DNA of 52,462 bases from contig DAIDHK010000009.1 of the NCBI GenBank assembly GCA_027459725.1, forward strand, positions 1 through 52,462, read 5' to 3'. Position 1 is the first letter of the stretch; each line of letters begins with the position of its first letter. The notes below the pieces were generated by a model that was not told the origin of the DNA, searched no databases, and saw only the letters and a list, made by a program, of their open reading frames with translations. Made by a program: the position numbers and the translations under genes. Positions 12,371-20,460 of the stretch are shown here, in pieces. This DNA comes from Candidatus Levyibacteriota bacterium. Its GTDB lineage: Bacteria > Patescibacteriota > Microgenomatia > Levybacterales > UBA12049.

Positions 12371-13126
12371 ATGATCAGTACGATTGGTGGTTTAATAAAA
12401 GATTACAGAATTAGAAAACGCTTATCACAAATAGAATTATCCTTAAAGATTGGATGGAATGACTCTACACGTTTATCACGTATCGAACAAGAAAGAGCAG
12501 GCACCCCCGAGCGTGAAACAGTCGATAAGATCATATCAGCATTAGGATTAAATACCCAAGAACGAGGAGAATTTTTACTTGCTGGTGGGTATCTGCCTAC
12601 TGAAGAAGAGGTAGAATTGATGGTAGCACAATACAAACAGCGTATTCTAGATTGGAGATATCCTGCTTATTTAATGGATTTTAGCTGGCGGATATTGTTT
12701 CTTAACAAGTCTACAATAGATGTGTTTCATTTTTCTCGGGATTTATTAACAGGAAAACCTCTTTTTCAACTTAACTTGTTAGATAATATAATTATGCCTT
12801 TAGAGGTTGAGGTTTTTAAAGGTGATGATAAAGATTCTCTTCTACCTTTAAATCGAGTTTTAGTCTCACAATTTAAAGCGGAACACTTGGGACAGGAGAA
12901 TGATAAGTGGTATAAGCAGCTTGTATCGAACTACTTAAAAAATAAGAATTTTTATTACTTGTGGGAAAAATATACTGCCGAAGTTTATCATAAGAAGTTA
13001 AGGGAGTACGAATATAAATTAGTTAAAGAAAAAAATGGAAGCACGTCTATCTTTCACATTTTTGACTCATCTCTAATCAATGACCGTCGCTTTACTCTGG
13101 TTCTTTATCTGCCGGCTAATGATTGA
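12371..13126 (+). CDS. XRE-family HTH regulator with MmyB-like (PAS-like) ligand-binding domain
   Basis: IGGLIKDYRIRKRLSQIELS...LSRIEQ HTH; YPAYLMDFSWRILFLN start of MmyB-type domain. Confidence 0.85.
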   Translation: MISTIGGLIKDYRIRKRLSQIELSLKIGWNDSTRLSRIEQERAGTPERETVDKIISALGLNTQERGEFLLAGGYLPTEEEVELMVAQYKQRILDWRYPAYLMDFSWRILFLNKSTIDVFHFSRDLLTGKPLFQLNLLDNIIMPLEVEVFKGDDKDSLLPLNRVLVSQFKAEHLGQENDKWYKQLVSNYLKNKNFYYLWEKYTAEVYHKKLREYEYKLVKEKNGSTSIFHIFDSSLINDRRFTLVLYLPAND

Positions 13127-13926
13127 TTTCTTTTATCGTAATAGGATGCAGTGAAAGAATCTGCCGGTACAAAAAGTTCAGTTTGAAATCGAGTATCTTT
13201 GAGAATGGGCATGATAAAAAAATTAAATGCTAAATTCTGTCTTGCATCCTCCGGACAAGAAATTATTTTAATACCTGTATTACCGACTATTCCGTTATAT
13301 GCATCTTTATTCTCAGTTTCTTTCCAAATATTACGAAATTCGTCAATTGTCATAAGTCTTTTTATATGATCTATGTACCATCTTTCTTTAGTATGATATC
13401 TTTGATCATATTTGAAAGTTAATATGGCTATATAAAATAAGTGGTACCACTGCTTGGCAAATTGTTTATCTTTAACATAAAGTTTCATGATCTCTGGGTT
13501 GAAAACTACCTCTAAAATTCTTGTATGGTTTTTATAGATGTAATCAACCATGCTTCTCTTTTGTTGATATAAGTGGACATTATGTGGGTTTTGGTCTATA
13601 ACTCTCCAACTAAAGTCCATAAGTATAGCCGGATATTTCCAATTTATTAAAAAATTTTGTGTTTCGTTTCTAATTTGTTCAATCTCTATCTCAGTTGGTA
13701 AGTAACCACCAGCCAGTAATACTGAGTTCTTCTCCTCATCTTTTAAAATAAGTGTACTAATTATTTTATCGATGGTTTCTCTACTGGGCTTTTCAGTAAC
13801 TCCTTGTTCAATTCGACTCAAACGGGATGTTTCTTTCCAACCAAGTGCAAATGCAATTTCTAATTGAGAAATCCCCTTTTGTAAACGGTAATCTTTTATT
13901 AATCCTCCTAAGGTTGCATTAATCAT
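13105..13926 (-). CDS. XRE-family HTH regulator with MmyB-like domain (paralog of 12371..13126)
   Basis: LGGLIKDYRLQKGISQLEIA...LSRIEQG, LLAGGYLPTE, YPAILMDFSWRVI. Confidence 0.85.
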   Translation of the reverse strand: MINATLGGLIKDYRLQKGISQLEIAFALGWKETSRLSRIEQGVTEKPSRETIDKIISTLILKDEEKNSVLLAGGYLPTEIEIEQIRNETQNFLINWKYPAILMDFSWRVIDQNPHNVHLYQQKRSMVDYIYKNHTRILEVVFNPEIMKLYVKDKQFAKQWYHLFYIAILTFKYDQRYHTKERWYIDHIKRLMTIDEFRNIWKETENKDAYNGIVGNTGIKIISCPEDARQNLAFNFFIMPILKDTRFQTELFVPADSFTASYYDKRNQSLAGR

Positions 13927-14027
13927 ATATTTATTTTATCACAAGTAGTATAATCAAATGAAATACGCAAGTAATTGACATAAATAATTGATTATATATA
14001 ATAAGTATTGTACCTGCCTTAAACTTA

Positions 14028-14073
14028 TTGACAAATTTAAAAAAAACAAATATTATATATCAAATATTTGATA
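14028..14073 (+). promoter_or_regulatory. Sigma70-type promoter with palindromic operator candidate (copy 2) over the predicted start site
   Basis: TTGACA (14028-14033), 17 nt, TATTAT (14051-14056), then the perfect palindrome TATCAAATATTTGATA (14058-14073). Confidence 0.6.
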
Positions 14074-14092
14074 ACACAAATTAGGTAAATTT

Positions 14093-14224
14093 ATGTCTTT
14101 AATACTACATTATTTATTTTTTGGATTAATATTTATCATTTTTTCTTGTATGGTCCTCGCCGTCATTCTTTGTTCTCTAAGTTTAATAATAATGTTATTT
14201 AATAAGTTAGAAAAAATAATATAA
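14093..14224 (+). CDS. Possible 43-aa hydrophobic small protein
   Basis: Hand translation MSLILHYLFFGLIFIIFSCMVLAVILCSLSLIIMLFNKLEKII*; sits directly behind the promoter/operator. T-rich DNA can yield such ORFs by chance. Confidence 0.3.
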   Translation: MSLILHYLFFGLIFIIFSCMVLAVILCSLSLIIMLFNKLEKII

Positions 14225-14345
14225 CTGTTTAAAACATCTTTTGCCATTCTTTTGTAAGAAGAAAGGTTATTGGGGAAGTTGATGAATATTTATTAACTTC
14301 CCATCACGCATATATGACAAAGAGTATGTTAGAATTAGCTCAGAT

Positions 14346-16403
14346 ATGACAGCAGAGAGAAAAGATTTTGCTGCTCTCTTTAAAAGATACAGACTCAAAT
14401 CTGAGTTTGAAACACTGTCTGAATTTGGTTCTGCCTTGACAGAGAAAGGTTTTCTCTATGAAGATAGTATATTCTCTCACTGGCAAAAAGGTACTCGTGT
14501 TCCCCAGCAAAGAGTTATACTTCTCAAACTTCTCGAAATATTTATAGATCATAAGGCAATTACTACAATTGATCAAGCAAATAGTTTTCTTGCGGCAGCA
14601 AATCAAGGTTATCTATCTGAAAAAGAATTATCACAGTTCGATGTCTCATTAAGAGAACCTATTTTTCAAGTTCCAAATGAGAATGATCATTTTAGTAATC
14701 GTGATGAGCTTATTAGAAAAATTATTCATCAGAAGATATCAGGGCAAATAATTTGTATTCATGGTACTGGTGGAGTTGGCAAGACTTCTTTAGCAATTAG
14801 GTTAGGGCATATATTGAAAGAGAAATATACAGATGGGGTCTTATGGTATAAAGTAGAAAAAGATAATACAGCAGATATTTTATTATCTATTGCACGTACC
14901 TTTGGAGAAGATATTAGTAATATCCGCGACTTAAATGTACGTTCTACCATAGTTCGCTCCCTTTTGTCTTCACGGAGTGTTCTGTTAATTTTAGATAGTG
15001 CAGAATTGTCACCCACAATCCAACTATTAATTCCCAATTCAAGGTTTTGTACCACTATCATTACATCTCAAGATGAAAATTTAAAAATTAAAGAAAAATA
15101 CATAGATATACCTATAAACGCATTCAATGATAGAGAAGCTTTGAATCTATTTAAGGAAGTGTTAAAAGGTAAATATCCCACCAAACAAAAAAAGACTTTG
15201 TTAAGGATTGCAAGACGTGTAGGTAATTTACCATTGGCATTGGACCTTATTGCTAAACAGTTAGAACATTCAGATAATTATTTGAATCAACTAAGCGATT
15301 TACTAAGTGAAGAAAATATTTTCTTTAAACAATTATACAAGGAAGACAAAAACTTATATTTAGCAATAAATTTAAGTTACTCTAACTTAGATACTAACTA
15401 TAAAACTATCCTTAAATCCGTGGCTATATTTAAAGGCAAGGATTTTGCTGTTAATTCTATTGCATATATTAATGGACTTTCGTTACAAGAAACGAAAAGT
15501 ATTCTAGAAAAACTGAAAGATTTATCGTTATTAGAAACTTCAACGAGAAGTCGCTATAGAATTCATCCTATGATTCAGAATTATGTACAGGAGAGAATTA
15601 ATTATCCAAGATCTATAGATCTTATCTTTATTGCATCAGGTATTTTTACCTTCTTTACGTTATGGTGGATATACCGTGAATTTTTTGAGGCACATAGAGA
15701 TTCTTACAGAATCTGGGAGTTTTATAATTTGTATTTTATAATTGCATTATACGGAGGACTATTAGGTGTTCATACATCATTGAGATGGGGTGGGATTAAA
15801 AGTCTATTAGGAAGGTCAATCTTGGCTTTCTCTCTTGGTCTTTTTACACAATGTTTTGGACAAATTGCATATTCCTACTACGGTATTGCTCTTCACAATC
15901 CTAATGTTTATCCTTCTATAGGTGACTTTGGTTTTTTTGCCACAATTCCTTTTTATATTTACGGCATTTTGTTGTTGGCAAAAGCATCTGGTATAAATCT
16001 TAGTTTTCGGTTATTTAGAGAGAGGCCAATGGCATTACTAGTTCCAATAACGATTTTAGTTTCAGGATACTTTATGTTTTTAAGAAATTATATATTTGAT
16101 TGGGCTAATCCTATTAAGATTTTTCTAGACTTTGGTTATCCTTTGGGAGATGCGATATATGTTTCTATTGCTATCTTAGTTTTTATATTTTCAAGAAGTA
16201 TATTAGATGGAATAATGCGGACTAAAGCATCTTTAATATTAGTAGCTCTGATAGTACAGTTTATAGCAGACTATATCTTCGCTGAAACATCGAGTACTTA
16301 TTACGCAGGTAATTATATAGATTTCTTAGAATTGCTATCTTATTATTTAATGACTGTTGCCTTGTTAAGTCTAAAATCTATTCGTGTAAAAACAAGTTCA
16401 TAA
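14346..16403 (+). CDS. STAND (NB-ARC) NTPase with N-terminal XRE-like HTH and C-terminal ~8-TM domain
   Basis: Walker A GTGGVGKT, Walker B LLILDSAE, GNLPLAL, RYRIHP (MHD-like); N-terminal helical domain with SHWQKGTRVP; C-terminal ~260 aa multi-TM region paralogous to 21407..22222. Confidence 0.85.
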   Translation: MTAERKDFAALFKRYRLKSEFETLSEFGSALTEKGFLYEDSIFSHWQKGTRVPQQRVILLKLLEIFIDHKAITTIDQANSFLAAANQGYLSEKELSQFDVSLREPIFQVPNENDHFSNRDELIRKIIHQKISGQIICIHGTGGVGKTSLAIRLGHILKEKYTDGVLWYKVEKDNTADILLSIARTFGEDISNIRDLNVRSTIVRSLLSSRSVLLILDSAELSPTIQLLIPNSRFCTTIITSQDENLKIKEKYIDIPINAFNDREALNLFKEVLKGKYPTKQKKTLLRIARRVGNLPLALDLIAKQLEHSDNYLNQLSDLLSEENIFFKQLYKEDKNLYLAINLSYSNLDTNYKTILKSVAIFKGKDFAVNSIAYINGLSLQETKSILEKLKDLSLLETSTRSRYRIHPMIQNYVQERINYPRSIDLIFIASGIFTFFTLWWIYREFFEAHRDSYRIWEFYNLYFIIALYGGLLGVHTSLRWGGIKSLLGRSILAFSLGLFTQCFGQIAYSYYGIALHNPNVYPSIGDFGFFATIPFYIYGILLLAKASGINLSFRLFRERPMALLVPITILVSGYFMFLRNYIFDWANPIKIFLDFGYPLGDAIYVSIAILVFIFSRSILDGIMRTKASLILVALIVQFIADYIFAETSSTYYAGNYIDFLELLSYYLMTVALLSLKSIRVKTSS

Positions 16404-16407
16404 AAGC

Positions 16408-17425
16408 GAGTCTGGTACAAAACTCGTTTTAGTCTATCCCTGCAATGTAAAAGAGCTTTAACATATAACAAATTAAGGTCAAATAACAGTTTTTTGCAAA
16501 ATTAAGTATCCCTCTTGTTTCCTCATGTCCTAGATGGTAAGTTCTTTTAAGAACTGAAAACACACGCTCTATTGACGATCTTTTGTTGTATATACTTTTC
16601 TTCAAAGTTCTCCCTTTAGCTTAAAGTATCTGGCGCTAGCTTCCCAATCCCATGTTTTACTCCTTGTTATTTTCTTAATAGGAATTCCTGCTTTTGCATT
16701 AAGTTTTTTAACAATCCAATTTACTAAATCTCCCCAGTCATATCCTTTATCAGCTAGTACATATCCACAGTTTCTCAACCAGTGTCTTGCTTTCTTAAGT
16801 AAGGCTATTGCCAGTGTGCAATCAGCAGCTAACCTATTGGTAATACAAAGAGCCAGTGGAAATTTAGTCTGTGTATCGATTAAAAGATGTAGTTTAAAAC
16901 CATACCCTTCTTTAAATTCATTCCAACCTTCTGATTCTAGTTCTCCTCGTTTACTAAATGTATGTACAAAGGAAGAGTCCATGGCTACATATTTTCCTGT
17001 AATTAAACCTTTTTTGTAGGCAGACTTTACAAGGGATACTAAAACCTTTTCATAGACATGTTTTTCTAAAAAGAGATTATTTGCTCTAATTAAAGTTGGA
17101 TGAGAAACTCCTGCCATGGAGGCAATAGTTCTGTAATCCCAATTAGTTACCTTCTTAATTAAAAGCCAGCCAAACAATGTTTCTTGATCGTATCCTTTTC
17201 TTCCACCAATAAATCTCTCAGACAGTGTTTTTTCACAGAGTTTTATGACTAATGGAAAAGAATAGTTAAGCAGATATTGCACCTTTTCAGGCATTTGTGG
17301 TACAAGTGTCATAGAAGCAGTTAACACCTCCGATCTTCGGACTAGATTGTCTCGATAACATATCTAGTGTGTCAGCTGCTTTTTTTATTGTCAAATCAAC
17401 CTTTTACGAGTTTTGTACCAGACTC
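16408..17425 (-). mobile_element. Insertion sequence, IS5/IS4-type DDE, 1018 bp
   Basis: Perfect 20-bp terminal inverted repeats GAGTCTGGTACAAAACTCGT (16408-16427 / 17406-17425) and 6-bp direct repeat AAAAGC (16402-16407, 17426-17431). Confidence 0.95.
16429..17312 (-). pseudogene. DDE transposase split by a -1 frameshift (inactivated or programmed)
   Basis: Main ORF has VAMDSS, GFKLHL, LADKGYD and stops at 16602; the -1 frame continues RTLKKSIYNKRSSIERVFSVLK (YREK-type motif with catalytic Glu) to a stop at 16429-16431. Confidence 0.85.
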
Positions 17426-17437
17426 AAAAGCCTCTAT

Positions 17438-17466
17438 TTGACATTGTACATTACCCAGTATATACT
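17438..17466 (+). promoter_or_regulatory. Sigma70-type promoter of the arginine decarboxylase gene pair
   Basis: TTGACA, 17 nt, TATACT. Confidence 0.65.
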
Positions 17467-17531
17467 ATAAGACTTATATCTGTAATTATTTGAAGCTTGT
17501 GTTTATTTAATTGATAAGTAATAATAAAATT

Positions 17532-18023
17532 ATGAAAATAACTTTAACTAAAGGAACAGGAACCGGTAATACATTGCTTTCAGCATATGACAATGCTTTA
17601 CAAGAGTGTGGAGTAAGTAATTATAACATTATTCCTCTTTCGTCTATTATTCCTCCTGGATCCACAATTATAAAAGAAAAGTATATTACTCCTGAGGAAG
17701 ATTATGGCAAACGCCTTTATGTAGTTTGGGCAAGAATTGAAAGCGATAAAAAAGGAGAATTTATAGGAGGAGGAATAGGTTGGTATCAGTTACCAGATGG
17801 CCGTGGGATTTTTGTTGAACATCATGAGAATGGTACAACTAAGGATGAGGTGGAAAAAAAACTTAAGAATGATATTATGACTTCACTTAATGATCTTTGT
17901 AAATTTAGACAATATAATTTTAAAGCAGAAGATTTAAATATAGAACTAGAAGTATCTCAGGTTAACGATCTACCAACTGGAGTTCTTGTTATGGCAATAT
18001 ATCAGGAAGATCCCTGGCGATAA
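17532..18023 (+). CDS. pdaD: Pyruvoyl-dependent arginine decarboxylase
   Basis: LSAYDNALQECGVSNYNIIPLSSIIPP with the Ser-Ser self-cleavage site; GGGIGW, GIFVE. ATG 17532 preferred over TTG 17511. Confidence 0.88.
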   Translation: MKITLTKGTGTGNTLLSAYDNALQECGVSNYNIIPLSSIIPPGSTIIKEKYITPEEDYGKRLYVVWARIESDKKGEFIGGGIGWYQLPDGRGIFVEHHENGTTKDEVEKKLKNDIMTSLNDLCKFRQYNFKAEDLNIELEVSQVNDLPTGVLVMAIYQEDPWR

Positions 18024-18025
18024 AA

Positions 18026-19381
18026 ATGGAGAGACAATCTACCATCGATAGATCAAAACTGCCAATTCCACTTCCCTTGCGATGCAGAGGAGAAACAATG
18101 CGTCAAACTCCAGAACATTTATCTAATACAGAAAAGATAATACCCTTAATTGAGGAAGCAGCTCTTAATTACGTAGATTTTATTTCAATGGGACAAAAGC
18201 TTACACCACAAGAAAGGTTAAGGTTGACGAGTAGTGCAATGGGAAATCTAATCGAGCTAGATAATATTAGGAATAGCCCTCGTAGATCAGGAGTAAATTT
18301 AATCAATTTTCGTAACCTTCATGGTACAGTTACAGCTAATTGGTTTGAAGAAATGTATCATGATATAACTGAGATGACACAAGAGAAACAAGAACTAGCA
18401 AATGTAAATGCATACTTTGGGATAGTTGATCTTTTTGCTCGTGAAACTGCCAAAAATGCTAGTCGTAAGAATCTAAAATCTGAAAGGAGTGTTTTACATG
18501 GATCCAGTACAGAAGAGGATTTTGTCACTGCTGTTGGACTAGAACAAGTATATTTTGCTCTAAAAAACCCCTCAAAAATTGTAAATCCTGATGCAGATTC
18601 TAAATTTCAGATTACTGCTATGGAGCAAGCTCGTTTGGAGTATGGAGACAGATTAGCTGAATATAGAAGTATTTTGTATGATTTAGAACCTGAAATTAGA
18701 GATATAGAGGAACGATCTATAAAAGAATTACGCTTTAGTAGCTCAGCAGAAAGACGAGAAATTGGAAAAAACATTCAACATACCATAAAAGGATTACGTG
18801 ATGATCAACAAGTACGAGTTCTAACTTTGCAAGGTTTACCGGAAGAGAAGGCAGGAGAATTAAAGAAGAGATTACTTGAATCTGGTAAGAACTTTGCTAA
18901 AATCGTGGTTGCCATCGAAAGTTTAGGATATGCAGGTGCAGCAGCAGGAGCAGCTGCGCCTTTCTTAGGTAATATTACACAAGGTTCTGCAGAGGCCTTC
19001 CTCGGGTTATCTTATGGATTGTACTATGCAATCATGGGTCTAGTGGGATTACAAAACGCACGTATGTCAGAATATGACATATCAAGTCTTAATCCCGCTA
19101 CTCAAGCATCAGTAGAGTCAATGAAACAAAGTCCTTATACAACTAAATGGATGAGATATATGGCAGGTATAATCTCTAATTATGGTTCAGAAGGGTTACT
19201 TGATTTCATGTGGGCTGGATTTGCCGCAGCTAATCCAACTTCCACATTCAACGGAAATAGCGTAGGTGTTCTGGGCGGAATTGCACAAGCGGTTTATGCT
19301 GAGAGCAAAATTAGAGAGAAAAAAAGAAAACTTAAACAACAAGAGCCTCAATTATCAGAACTAGAAAAGGATGTTTTATAA
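18026..19381 (+). CDS. Hypothetical protein: charged helical/coiled-coil body with Gly/Ala-rich hydrophobic C-terminal segments
   Basis: 451-aa ORF starting 2 nt after the pdaD stop; no family recognised. Confidence 0.75.
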   Translation: MERQSTIDRSKLPIPLPLRCRGETMRQTPEHLSNTEKIIPLIEEAALNYVDFISMGQKLTPQERLRLTSSAMGNLIELDNIRNSPRRSGVNLINFRNLHGTVTANWFEEMYHDITEMTQEKQELANVNAYFGIVDLFARETAKNASRKNLKSERSVLHGSSTEEDFVTAVGLEQVYFALKNPSKIVNPDADSKFQITAMEQARLEYGDRLAEYRSILYDLEPEIRDIEERSIKELRFSSSAERREIGKNIQHTIKGLRDDQQVRVLTLQGLPEEKAGELKKRLLESGKNFAKIVVAIESLGYAGAAAGAAAPFLGNITQGSAEAFLGLSYGLYYAIMGLVGLQNARMSEYDISSLNPATQASVESMKQSPYTTKWMRYMAGIISNYGSEGLLDFMWAGFAAANPTSTFNGNSVGVLGGIAQAVYAESKIREKKRKLKQQEPQLSELEKDVL

Positions 19382-19386
19382 TCTTG

Positions 19387-20370
19387 TTAAGGTCTATTTG
19401 AAGTAACAACATATTTTTCGTCTAGACAGATAGGATTCATTTGCATTTTTGATCTTCTTAAACCTTCTATTCCCATATCTTGTTCATTGTTGAGATATCT
19501 TACACCTTTAGCTTGTAAAACAATAGCTAGCTCGTTATAAAGAGCTTGATATACACCATTATATTCTTTACTAGCTGCTTTAGCAAAGTGTGCATAAGCA
19601 TATCCTGCTTCGGCTAAATTTTGTGAAGTATCTGCAATATCTGCTATGATAAAGGCAATCAGTCTATTAGAATCAGCTGGGTCTGATAGGCCGAGAGTTA
19701 CTATGCCTTTAAAATATTCTGAATCCCTTATTGTTCTTAATAAGGCTGTTCTCTCATGTTGAAGGTCTTCTGGTTTTCTTCCTTGGCCCCATTGGTCAAA
19801 CAATGCGACCATTTGATCAGTATCTGAGCTATTATTGAGTGAAAGTATTCTAGACTCTACTTGTGGATGTTCTCTTTTAAATCGATTGACGTGATTTTTT
19901 AGGCCGTGAAACTCTCTTCCTTCTAGTGCAGCTTGTTGATTTACGTCATAAATGTAATCGAAGTTATCTCTGTCGGTTGATATATTAAAATTAGGGTCAT
20001 TGGTTAACATTAATGCAATATCCTTAGTAATAAGCCTTAACTCAGGGGCAATTCCTTTTTTAGGTGCTAAATCTAGTAAGTATCTTGCTGTAGCTGCTAC
20101 GTCGCCTTGACCTACGAACGTATAAAAGGGTTGATCGGTTATATAATCATGTATTTCTAATGCGATGTTTCTATCAATTAAAGCGATTTTATCATTATTT
20201 GATGTATTATAACTCCATAGACCTAGAGGATTAATGTCTGAAGAGACTTGTCTAGTTCCAGCAACATCATTAATCATGTGAAGATTGTGTAGAGTTAAAG
20301 GTTTGAAGACAGCCCGTGTTCTTCTTTCCTGAGGATTACCTCTATCTCCCATGTCTATTACTTCTATCAT
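19387..20370 (-). CDS. DUF2156 / MprF C-terminal-like GNAT-fold (aminoacyl-tRNA-dependent transferase-like) protein
   Basis: RDNFDYIY, LEGREFHGLKNHVNRF, HFAKA...YNGVYQ, YLNNEQDMGIEGLRRSKMQMNP. Confidence 0.85.
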   Translation of the reverse strand: MIEVIDMGDRGNPQERRTRAVFKPLTLHNLHMINDVAGTRQVSSDINPLGLWSYNTSNNDKIALIDRNIALEIHDYITDQPFYTFVGQGDVAATARYLLDLAPKKGIAPELRLITKDIALMLTNDPNFNISTDRDNFDYIYDVNQQAALEGREFHGLKNHVNRFKREHPQVESRILSLNNSSDTDQMVALFDQWGQGRKPEDLQHERTALLRTIRDSEYFKGIVTLGLSDPADSNRLIAFIIADIADTSQNLAEAGYAYAHFAKAASKEYNGVYQALYNELAIVLQAKGVRYLNNEQDMGIEGLRRSKMQMNPICLDEKYVVTSNRP

Positions 20371-20460
20371 GTATTAATTATAGGGATATCTTTAAATATT
20401 GTAAAGCAAAGATATTGCATTGACATATTTGTTAAATATCTATTACTATATTACAGTAAT

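Noticed and set aside
14346-16403. Assigning the STAND protein to a named antiphage system (Avs, bNACHT)
   Set aside because: No nuclease, TIR, SIR2 or protease effector and no TPR sensor recognised.
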